Source: Candidatus Peregrinibacteria bacterium
GTDB taxonomy: Bacteria > Patescibacteriota > Gracilibacteria > CAIRYL01 > GCA-016699755
Direction of reading: 5' to 3'
Assembly (NCBI GenBank): GCA_016699755.1
Contig: CP065009.1
Coordinates: 84,937 to 148,936, forward strand
DNA length: 64,000 nucleotides
The notes under the pieces: model-generated
The model's database searches: none
Told to the model about the DNA's origin: nothing
Seen by the model: the letters and a program-made list of their open reading frames with translations, nothing else
Position numbers and translations under genes: made by a program
Shown here: positions 8,705 to 17,067 of the stretch, piece after piece
How the letters are laid out: each line of letters starts with the position of its first letter
Position numbering within the stretch: the first letter of the stretch is position 1

Positions 8705-9619
8705 TTAAAAGAGCCCCAATTGCTCTGGTGGTGGTTCTGCTTGTCCAAATATTTTTTCTGCGCGTGTGATGAGTCTGCGTGAGCTTATGTTCTCCAAAAA
8801 CTTCGGAAGGCTTTTTGGCATGGTGATTGAAATTCTTCCTGCTTCTTCTTGAAAATCTAGGATTTCCAAATCTCGATGGAGAACGGTCATTTTTTTGCTC
8901 AGTACTGCAGATTCTCGGTGTTCCTGCAAAAGGAGTCCATTTTTTCCGCCAATTTCTTCAGCATGTTCAAGTGCATTTTCCACGGTTTTGTATTCCGCCA
9001 AAATCTTTTGCGCCCCCACTGGTCCAATACCTGGAACTCCGACAATTCGGTCGCTACTGTCTCCGGCAAGGGCTTTATAATCTGGCACTTGATGCGGATA
9101 CACACCCATCTTTTCCCTCACGGCTTCGGTATCCATTTTTTTTGGCAATTTGCCTCCGTTTTGTGGATAGAGTAAGGAAACATTTTCTCCAACAATTTGG
9201 AATAAATCCTGATCGCCCGAGAGAATAACTATTTCTGTTTCTGCCTTGTTTCGAAAGTGTTCCGCAACGGTCGCAATAACATCATCTGCTTCAAATCCTT
9301 CTTTGCTCAAAACGGGAAGCTCCATACCTTCCGTAAAAAACGAAAAGATAAAGGGGAGCTGAGTCGAAAGATCTTCTGGCATGTCGGGGCGTCCTGCTTT
9401 GTAGCCTTCCATTTCTTCATGCCGAAATGTTGGTCCACGCAAATCGCGCGCCGCAAAAAGATAAGTCGGCTTCTCGCTTTCGAGTAGGGAAAAAACCGTA
9501 GAAACCACGCCATAGACTGCATTGCTTGGGGCTCCATCTTTCATGGTGAAGTGTTTTGGAACGGCGTGAAAGGAACGGAAAAAGAGATTGGAAATATCAA
9601 TAAGCACAACTTTTTCCAT
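8705..9619 (-). CDS. 5'-3' exonuclease (FEN / Pol I N-terminal domain type)
   Basis: MEKVVLIDISNLFFRSFHA..., YKAGRPDMPEDL, LSGDQDLFQIV, and an H3TH motif (ALAGDSSDRIVGVPGIGPVGAQKIL). Confidence 0.85.
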   Translation of the reverse strand: MEKVVLIDISNLFFRSFHAVPKHFTMKDGAPSNAVYGVVSTVFSLLESEKPTYLFAARDLRGPTFRHEEMEGYKAGRPDMPEDLSTQLPFIFSFFTEGMELPVLSKEGFEADDVIATVAEHFRNKAETEIVILSGDQDLFQIVGENVSLLYPQNGGKLPKKMDTEAVREKMGVYPHQVPDYKALAGDSSDRIVGVPGIGPVGAQKILAEYKTVENALEHAEEIGGKNGLLLQEHRESAVLSKKMTVLHRDLEILDFQEEAGRISITMPKSLPKFLENISSRRLITRAEKIFGQAEPPPEQLGLF

Positions 9620-9646
9620 TACGAAGGGGTGAGAGAGGATACGAAA

Positions 9647-9722
9647 TGGCGCCCCGAGCAGGAATTGAACCTGCGGCCGTCAGCTTAGAAGGCTGCTGCT
9701 CTATCCACTGAGCTACCGGGGC
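9647..9722 (-). tRNA. tRNA-Arg (anticodon TCT)
   Basis: The reverse complement GCCCCGGTAGCTCAGTGGATAGAGCAGCAGCCTTCTAAGCTGACGGCCGCAGGTTCAATTCCTGCTCGGGGCGCCA folds as a cloverleaf. The anticodon loop is CTTCTAA and CCA is encoded. Confidence 0.85.
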
Positions 9723-9781
9723 ACGGGGCAAAGTGTGTCATTTTTTTTTGTTTGTCGCAATTTCTGTCACAATAGTTTTTG

Positions 9782-10252
9782 ATGAAAATTCTTGGTATTG
9801 ATCCCGGCTTGGCAACTATTGGGTTTGCACTTCTCGAAGAAAACAAGATTCTTGATTATGGTGTTTTTAAAACAGAGTCAGGACATCCACTCGCAGATCG
9901 ACTCGTGCAGATTGGTGATGATATTCGAACGCTTCTTGCAGAGTTTCGTCCAGATTGTGCTTTTATAGAAAAACTCTTTTTTGTGCAGAACGTCACAAAT
10001 GGAATGGCAGTGGCACATAGTCGTGGTGTACTCCTCGAAGCATTGGCAAGAGAAGGAATTCCTACGGATGAAATTTCTCCCAAAGATGTAAAAATTGCTG
10101 TGTGCGGATATGGAAATGCCGATAAAAAACAGGTGCAACATGCGATTGCTCGTATCTTTCGCCTTTCTGAGCTTCCTCGTCCAGATGACGCGGCAGACGC
10201 TATTGCTATTGCGTATGCGGGATACTTTTTGCAGAAGAAGATCTTACGTTAA
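9782..10252 (+). CDS. ruvC: crossover junction endodeoxyribonuclease RuvC
   Basis: MKILGIDPGLATIGFALLE..., FIEKLFFVQN, KKQVQHAI, and DDAADAIAIAY, which carries catalytic acidic residues. Confidence 0.9.
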   Translation: MKILGIDPGLATIGFALLEENKILDYGVFKTESGHPLADRLVQIGDDIRTLLAEFRPDCAFIEKLFFVQNVTNGMAVAHSRGVLLEALAREGIPTDEISPKDVKIAVCGYGNADKKQVQHAIARIFRLSELPRPDDAADAIAIAYAGYFLQKKILR

Positions 10253-10346
10253 ATTGCGAAAATGCTATTTTAAAAGTTGTCTCTAGAGCACTTGTTTGAC
10301 AGGTTTTTTTGCTCTACACTGCCCCTGTTTTTTCTTTTTTTCTGTT

Positions 10347-10814
10347 ATGGAACGAACTCTTGTCCTTATAAAACCAGATGCTATTCAACGCGGACTCATA
10401 GGAAATATTATGAATCGTTTTGAGCGAAAGGGTTTAAAACTTGTTGCCATGAAAATGCTTGCAGTAGGAGACGATATTCTCGAAGAGCATTATGCACATA
10501 TTGCGGATAAGCCATTTTTTGTTGGTATGCGCAAATTCATGAAGAGTACACCTATTGTTGCTATGTGCTGGGAAGGAAAAGAGGGGATTGAAGTAGTTCG
10601 TTTGCTCTGTGGATCAACAAACTCAAGAAAAGCAGATGTTGGAACTATTCGTGGCGATCTTTCCATGAGTATTCAGTATAATATTGTTCATGCATCCGAT
10701 TCTCCAGAGGCCGCCCGAGATGAACTCAATCGATTTTTTAAACCCGAAGAATTCTTTTTGTATCAGAAAGACGAGTATCTTCATCTTTATACGGAGGACG
10801 AAAAAGGAGTATAG
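10347..10814 (+). CDS. ndk: nucleoside-diphosphate kinase
   Basis: In-frame ATG at 10347. MERTLVLIKPDAIQRGLIGNIMNRFERKGLKLVAMK... then NIVHASDS, which contains the active-site His. Confidence 0.9.
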   Translation: MERTLVLIKPDAIQRGLIGNIMNRFERKGLKLVAMKMLAVGDDILEEHYAHIADKPFFVGMRKFMKSTPIVAMCWEGKEGIEVVRLLCGSTNSRKADVGTIRGDLSMSIQYNIVHASDSPEAARDELNRFFKPEEFFLYQKDEYLHLYTEDEKGV

Positions 10815-10896
10815 TACTCATTCTGAGGGAGGAAGAAGGGGGTCTTGATAAATTCCCTTCTTTCTTGTAAAATAGAAAGAAATAAAAACAAAAAAT

Positions 10897-13800
10897 ATGA
10901 AAAAATCGCTTATCTCCTTTTTTTTAGCAGGAATTTTTCTTTCCGGTGTTGGCTTTTTCGTTTCTTCCTTTGACGGAGAAAAGGCTGAGATACGGGGAGA
11001 TATTTTACAAAAGAATGTTGTGGAGAAAGAAAATTCTGAAAAAAATATGAGCGAATGGAAAATTTCTCTCGGAGCAGAAAATAGACAGAGCGATAAGTAT
11101 TTGTATGCCGTTAATACTTATACTCCAGATCTGCATCCACAATGTAATGAAGATAGTGATACGAATCCAAAAATAGAGACTTTTACTGTTGCAATAGAAG
11201 AATCCTCTGGGATAGGGATTCTTGCAAAAGTGAGTGATACCGATAATGAGAGGCTCCATTGGGAAATCGATTTTGGAGACTCAGCTTCTAAGTCTGGTGA
11301 TGTTACTGTTGGAAGAAAAATCCAGCCAGTCATTTTGGAAGATCAGTTTTGGGGATGTACGGACTGTTCAGGACGTACCCTTGATGCATGTGATATTGAT
11401 TCCTTCTTGGACAATAATGGCGGTGATCATTGTTATAGTATCCAAGATCCTGTTGGAATTGAGAAGTGTACTTCTGATGAAACAAGAGAGATTATTAGTG
11501 TTGATATAACACAAGGTGTTAATGGTGCGGTGGGTAGCTGTGAAGCAGATCCTCGGGTTCCAGGGACGGATGAATTTAAATATACGATCATGTGTAATAC
11601 ACCGAAGGAATTGTCTGCTACTCATACCTATCAAAAATCGGGAACATATATTGTTACGCTTACGGTAACAGATTTAGAAAAGAATAAGACTATCAAAACG
11701 AAGAGTGTGACAATTGGCGGCGATGATGATGGCGGAGACGATGATGGAGTCCCCCTCGCTGTTTCTCCTACAATTCAATCCGTTGCCGTAGGTGAAACAC
11801 CACAACAACTCAATATTTCTGGAGGAGCTGGAGTAGAGAATTACGTGTATGTTATTGATGATGCTGGGGGAACGGGTATTGGTCGAAACGCTTGTACTGA
11901 CGGAACGAATACATGTTCTTTTACAAAAGCAACTACCGAAGGCGAATTCACAATGACTGTTTCTGATGGAGGTGAATCGATTGGTGTGACTATTGAAGTT
12001 ACTGCGGATTCAGATGGTGGCACAGCATGTCACCTTTGGGAAAACGAGAGTGATATTAAAACTGGTGATATTCCCGATTCTTTTGCTTCTCCTCTTGATC
12101 ACGACAAAAAAAATACCGTTACTGTGGATTGTCAAGAAACAAGTGCGAAAGGATCTTCGGGAAATGATCCCAACAAAAGCACACATATTGTTTGGGAAAC
12201 GGCATGGATATCAAAAGGAGGAAGTGATTGGACAAAAAGCATTACACTCACCGGAGATAAGAGCCTTGACTCTGAAAATGGAAAAAAATGGTTTGTTGGT
12301 ACTGCCAATTTTTCAGAAACCTTTACAAAGGAAGAGCTTGAAGAAATTCAATATATCGCTGTCTATCAATGTGATTACAATGCTACTGATGAAAAATGGG
12401 AGGGGAGTGGTAATGGGACAAGAGCCTGCGGATGCACAAATGATGAGTGTGCAAACAGTGGATTGTGGACACTCCAAGCATTTCAAAAAGGGGCAAGAGA
12501 TGAATCAGGAGATCCTGCGATAACTATTACGGCAGATCCGACTTCTTTAAATAATTCTGGGAATACAGTGCTCAAATGGAATACAGAAAATATTGGTGCT
12601 GATTGGACATGCACAGCATCTGGAGGGGCATGGAGTGGCAAAAAAGATCCCCTCGGAGATACGACAGGAGAAAGCGTAGCGGTGAGCGAAACCACTACTT
12701 TTACCTTGACTTGTGTCCCTCCAGAAGGAACACAGGGGGTTACCGGAACTCTTCGTGTTGAGGTTTTAACAGGAGCAGATTCCCTTTTTTCTGAGTGGGG
12801 TGTTTCTACAGATCAGCCGTTTGTTGGGGACATGAACGGTGATGGTATTCCTGAAGTTGGAGTAAAACGTGGTTCTCAATGGTTTTTTGACTTCAACAAT
12901 AATGGACTTTGGGATGATTGTTCATTGGATGGATGTATTTCAAATTTCGGAACCGTTGCAGATAAACCAATTATTGGAGATTGGAACGGAGACGGAACCG
13001 ATGAAATTGGAGTTTTGCGAGATAAGCAATGGCTTCTAGATATGAATGGAAATGGGGAGTGGAACGGATGTATAACAGACAAGTGTGTAATTGATTGGGG
13101 AGTAGAATATGACGCGGTTGCGGTTGGCGACACAAATGGAGATAACATTGATGAAGTTGGAATAAAACGACGGAATAGTGAAAATACAAATGACGTATGG
13201 CGTTTTGATACGAATAATAATGGAGAATGGGACGGGTGCAGTGTTGATACGTGTTTTTCAGATTGGGGGATTCCTTTTGATACAGTATTTTTGGGGGATT
13301 GGAACGGAAACGGTTCTGACGCTATGGGGTTGAGACAAGGATCAAAATGGTTTTTGGATTTCAACAATAATGGACGCTGGGATGGATGTGAAACCGATAA
13401 ATGTTATGAAGAATGGGGACTATCAAGCGATACTCCTCTCGTAGGAGATTGGAACGAAGATGGAGCTGACGAAATTGGTGCATGGCAAAATGGACAATGG
13501 CTCTTTGATCTCAACGGGAATGGAACTTGGGATGGTGCCCCTGTTCTTACTGCCCTTCCATTGTCTCAAAACATTTCTGTTGGACAAACACCTCAATTAG
13601 TAAAAGCAAAAAGTACTTCTTCTCATCTTACTTATCAGTTTTCCTTAGATAGTGGAGGAACGGGGTTGGAGCTTGCGAGTTCTTGTCCACAATCGGGGAA
13701 TTCTGTTGCAAGTGATACCTGTGCTTTTTCTGGTTCGCCAACAGCAACAGGAACAGCAGTGCTTACCATAAAAGCAGTTCGGAGCGATGGTACAGTGGAG

Positions 13801-16614
13801 GGATTCACAGCAGCGCGTCTTTTGGTTACTTCTTCTCAGTGCTCGGTTGATACTGATTGTTCTACTGGACAGGTGTGTCAAAATGGAGAATGCACACATT
13901 CTGTTTCTGCAACAGGAACAGAAATTCAATTCCTCGGCTTTCGGAGTCAAAATTCCTACGATCCTCCTCCCTCCGACCCTTCAGGTCGAAAGTTGTGTGG
14001 ATCTCAGAACGATAGCGCTCAGATTGCTTTTGAATGGGAGCACAAAAGTGGAGTTCTTCCTCAAAAATATCACTATCGTATTTTAAATGCTGTTGGTGAT
14101 TTTCTTGGTTTTGAAATAGATGTTCCCGAAACATATATTGCCGTTGATGCTCCGCAGGAGAGTGGAAAATATCAAGCAGAAATTACTCCATTCGATTCGG
14201 GAAATATCGCTATTGGAGATGCAGTGCGTTGTGGTTTTGAACAGGTTTCTTCCATTTCTCCTTCTTGTGGCTCCGCCAATGGAGGAAATTTTCCCAACTC
14301 TCCTACAGATAATCTCTGTTCAGCAGGAGCACTCTCTTGGATAGATCAGAGCGCTACTGATGGAACATATAATTGGCAATGCGTTGGAACAAGTACCACT
14401 GTTTCTTGCGAGGCAACTAAGCTCACACTTCCACCGGTCGATCCTCCAAAAACCTGTTCTTCTGGGAATAGTGAACTGAAAACTATTGATTTTACCGGAA
14501 GTGCCCTCAGTCAATGGAAACATGAAATAAGCTATTGCGATTGTGACCTTAGTGATGTTCAAATTTCTACTGCTCGTGTTGCTGGATCAGGACAAACTCC
14601 TCCCTCAGTAACACTCAAACAGAATATTAATTTTAATTCCATTGCCGAAGGACAATGTGATCGAAAAGAAGCCTTCAGTGGAACATCTGCAACCGGAGGC
14701 GCATACACTACTTACCTCAGCTATTGTAAAGCTGGAGGAAAACTCCAAATTAAACACGATGTTCCTGCGGCATCAAACACTGATCCGCAATTGCACGGAA
14801 CGGCGGAAATGACATGTGAGAGCTCTCCCACTGGAACTTGTGGCTCCGCCAATGGAGGAAATTTTCCCAACTCTCCTACAGATAATCTCTGTTCAGCAGG
14901 AGCACTCTCTTGGATAGATCAGAGCGCTACTGATGGAACATATAATTGGCAATGCGTTGGAACAAGTACCACTGTTTCTTGCGAGGCAACTAAGCTCACA
15001 CTTCCACCGGTCGATCCTCCAAAAACCTGTTCTTCTGGGAATAGTGAACTGAAAACTATTGATTTTACCGGAAGTGCCCTCAGCCAATGGAAACATGAAA
15101 TAAGCTATTGCGATTGTGACCTTAGTGATGTTCAAATTTCTACTGCTCGTGTTGCTGGATCAGGACAAACTCCTCCCTCAGTAACACTCAAACAGAATAT
15201 TAATTTTAATTCCATTGCCGAAGGACAATGTGATCGAAAAGAAGCCTTCAGTGGAACATTTGCAACCGGAGGCGCATACACTACTTACCTCAGCTATTGT
15301 AAAGTTGGAGGAAAACTCCAAATTAAACACGATGTTCCTGCGGCATCAAACACTAATCCGCAATTGCACGGAACGGCGGAAATGACATGTGGCGGTGGAT
15401 CAGTTGTTTCTTTGTCTTTTGACGATGGATGGATATCTCACTATACAACAGCACTTCCTCTCCTTCAGGAAGCGGGATTTAAGGGGACATTTTATATTAT
15501 TACCAATGCCATTTCTTCTCTTAGTAATTTAAACTTTGTAGAAAATGCCGATTTCTCTAATCTTAATTCCCAAACCGGTTTCTCCGGATGGGTTCCTCAA
15601 CATTTTGGTTCTCTAACAGCAAATCTTTCTTCTGCTCCCGATCGATTGGGAGCAACAACAGGGTATTCGGCAAAAGTTGAAGTAGTAAATCCCTCTGGAA
15701 ATACAAATAGATGGGCCGGCTTTGTTCCCCAGACAGGAGTCTTGCTCTCGGATTATGTTTCGCAGGATGGAGGGAATCTTGTTGCACCAGATTTTGATAT
15801 CCGAGTCTGGTACAAGTCTACGGTTCCCGTAAAAATATACGCTCAATACGATAGTACAGATAACAGCAAGGATCATATTGAAGTTATTAAAAATCTTGAT
15901 CCGACGACAGATTGGAGTATGGGTACTGCTTGGTTTCGGGCTTCAAGCGCAGACATTTCCGATAATAGTATGACCGTTAAAGTATTTGCGGGAATTGGCG
16001 ATGCGGGAACGCTCTTTGTCGATGATATTTTTGTCACTCGATCAACATTCTATGTGAATCCTTCGCAGATTTTGGAGATACAAAATGCAGGACACGAGAT
16101 TGGATCACACACCAAGACACATCCAGATCTTACCCTTATTTCAGATGCTAAAGCCAATGAGGAGATTACTGACTCTCGAAATGCACTTGTGAGTATTGGG
16201 GTTCCCCATCCAGATACATTTGCATATCCGTTTGGATCAAAAAATGATGGAGTAAAACAAAAAGTGCAGAGCGCTGGATATCTTTCCGCAAGAGGGGTAG
16301 ATAGAGGGGAAAATCCTTCTCAAAAACCAATTGATCTCTATAATCTTCAGGTGCAACAGGTTGACCGAGAAACGTCTCTTGAACAGGTCAAAACTTGGAT
16401 TGATAATGCTGCTACTTCAGGAAAATGGCTCATCCTCATGTTCCATGATATTAATGATGCTACACCTGCCTCTGGAACATGGGATTCAGCTACGGATTAT
16501 CACTATTACGGATCTACCCCTTCTGCTCTTCGAGAAATTCTTCAGTACCTGAAGCAAAAAAATACCTCAGTAAAAACAATTCTCGAAATGACGCAGAATA
16601 TTTCGGCTTCGTAA
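10897..16614 (+). CDS. giant (1905 aa) secreted multidomain protein ending in a polysaccharide deacetylase (CE4/NodB) domain
   Basis: - Signal peptide, and a PKD-like segment (THTYQKSGTYIVTLTVTD).
- Ig-like segments.
- A Cys-rich domain ending CGCTNDEC...WTLQAFQK.
- Five diverged FG-GAP/VCBS-like repeats (GDxNGDGxDEIG).
- A duplicated 191-aa module.
- A C-terminal NodB domain with motifs SFDDGW, GHEIGSHTKTHPD and FAYPFGS. Confidence 0.85.
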   Translation: MKKSLISFFLAGIFLSGVGFFVSSFDGEKAEIRGDILQKNVVEKENSEKNMSEWKISLGAENRQSDKYLYAVNTYTPDLHPQCNEDSDTNPKIETFTVAIEESSGIGILAKVSDTDNERLHWEIDFGDSASKSGDVTVGRKIQPVILEDQFWGCTDCSGRTLDACDIDSFLDNNGGDHCYSIQDPVGIEKCTSDETREIISVDITQGVNGAVGSCEADPRVPGTDEFKYTIMCNTPKELSATHTYQKSGTYIVTLTVTDLEKNKTIKTKSVTIGGDDDGGDDDGVPLAVSPTIQSVAVGETPQQLNISGGAGVENYVYVIDDAGGTGIGRNACTDGTNTCSFTKATTEGEFTMTVSDGGESIGVTIEVTADSDGGTACHLWENESDIKTGDIPDSFASPLDHDKKNTVTVDCQETSAKGSSGNDPNKSTHIVWETAWISKGGSDWTKSITLTGDKSLDSENGKKWFVGTANFSETFTKEELEEIQYIAVYQCDYNATDEKWEGSGNGTRACGCTNDECANSGLWTLQAFQKGARDESGDPAITITADPTSLNNSGNTVLKWNTENIGADWTCTASGGAWSGKKDPLGDTTGESVAVSETTTFTLTCVPPEGTQGVTGTLRVEVLTGADSLFSEWGVSTDQPFVGDMNGDGIPEVGVKRGSQWFFDFNNNGLWDDCSLDGCISNFGTVADKPIIGDWNGDGTDEIGVLRDKQWLLDMNGNGEWNGCITDKCVIDWGVEYDAVAVGDTNGDNIDEVGIKRRNSENTNDVWRFDTNNNGEWDGCSVDTCFSDWGIPFDTVFLGDWNGNGSDAMGLRQGSKWFLDFNNNGRWDGCETDKCYEEWGLSSDTPLVGDWNEDGADEIGAWQNGQWLFDLNGNGTWDGAPVLTALPLSQNISVGQTPQLVKAKSTSSHLTYQFSLDSGGTGLELASSCPQSGNSVASDTCAFSGSPTATGTAVLTIKAVRSDGTVEGFTAARLLVTSSQCSVDTDCSTGQVCQNGECTHSVSATGTEIQFLGFRSQNSYDPPPSDPSGRKLCGSQNDSAQIAFEWEHKSGVLPQKYHYRILNAVGDFLGFEIDVPETYIAVDAPQESGKYQAEITPFDSGNIAIGDAVRCGFEQVSSISPSCGSANGGNFPNSPTDNLCSAGALSWIDQSATDGTYNWQCVGTSTTVSCEATKLTLPPVDPPKTCSSGNSELKTIDFTGSALSQWKHEISYCDCDLSDVQISTARVAGSGQTPPSVTLKQNINFNSIAEGQCDRKEAFSGTSATGGAYTTYLSYCKAGGKLQIKHDVPAASNTDPQLHGTAEMTCESSPTGTCGSANGGNFPNSPTDNLCSAGALSWIDQSATDGTYNWQCVGTSTTVSCEATKLTLPPVDPPKTCSSGNSELKTIDFTGSALSQWKHEISYCDCDLSDVQISTARVAGSGQTPPSVTLKQNINFNSIAEGQCDRKEAFSGTFATGGAYTTYLSYCKVGGKLQIKHDVPAASNTNPQLHGTAEMTCGGGSVVSLSFDDGWISHYTTALPLLQEAGFKGTFYIITNAISSLSNLNFVENADFSNLNSQTGFSGWVPQHFGSLTANLSSAPDRLGATTGYSAKVEVVNPSGNTNRWAGFVPQTGVLLSDYVSQDGGNLVAPDFDIRVWYKSTVPVKIYAQYDSTDNSKDHIEVIKNLDPTTDWSMGTAWFRASSADISDNSMTVKVFAGIGDAGTLFVDDIFVTRSTFYVNPSQILEIQNAGHEIGSHTKTHPDLTLISDAKANEEITDSRNALVSIGVPHPDTFAYPFGSKNDGVKQKVQSAGYLSARGVDRGENPSQKPIDLYNLQVQQVDRETSLEQVKTWIDNAATSGKWLILMFHDINDATPASGTWDSATDYHYYGSTPSALREILQYLKQKNTSVKTILEMTQNISAS
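14266..15391 (+). repeat. in-frame tandem duplication, period 573 bp (2 x 191 aa)
   Basis: Copy A (14266..14818) and copy B (14839..15391) differ at only 4 nt by direct comparison: agt/agc, tct/ttt, gct/gtt, gat/aat. Confidence 0.95.
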
Positions 16615-16617
16615 TTT

Positions 16618-17067
16618 CTATTCTGCCTTAACGGTAATATTGATAGGAATTTCCTTACCCGCACCAAGCAAGATTTTCACCTCGTGTGATCCTGTTGTCT
16701 TGATGTGTCCGTTGGGGAATGAGATGAAGCGCTTGTCAATTTCAATCTTTTTCTGTTCTTTAATCGCTTCTGCAATGTCAGATTCCCCAATTCCTCCAAA
16801 GAGTTTTCCTCCAGAAGAGGTTTTTCCGGTAAGAGTAATTTCTGCGTTTTTAAGCTCTTCTGTAATTTTTTCAATATTCATGAGAACTTCTTCGTGCTTT
16901 CGAACACGATTTTTTCGAATCTCTTCCGCATGTCTTACATCTTTTATATTCGCAATGGCAGCAAATCCTTTGGGAATCAAAAAATTTCGTGCGTATCCTG
17001 CGGCAACCGAAACAATCTCTCCAGCATATCCGACATGACGAACGTCTTGAGTGAGAACAATGTTCAT
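16618..17067 (-). CDS. rplI: 50S ribosomal protein L9
   Basis: In-frame ATG at 17067. MNIVLTQDVRHVGYAGEIVSVAAGYARNFLIPKGFA... is the typical L9 N-terminus. Confidence 0.85.
   Translation of the reverse strand: MNIVLTQDVRHVGYAGEIVSVAAGYARNFLIPKGFAAIANIKDVRHAEEIRKNRVRKHEEVLMNIEKITEELKNAEITLTGKTSSGGKLFGGIGESDIAEAIKEQKKIEIDKRFISFPNGHIKTTGSHEVKILLGAGKEIPINITVKAE

Noticed and set aside
14320-14562. The repeated antisense ORF 'MNITKVTIAIAYFMFPL..' (also at 14893..15135 and 62677..62937) as a multi-copy small gene or IS remnant.
   Set aside because: It is only the antisense shadow of the duplicated coding module. It has alternative starts, no RBS context and no recognisable motifs.
14266-15391. The three near-identical module copies (also 62414..62797) as template and variable repeats of a diversity-generating retroelement.
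   Set aside because: No reverse transcriptase ORF is in the window. The 4-6 differences are c/t, t/c, g/a and t/a changes rather than adenine-specific substitutions clustered in a variable region.
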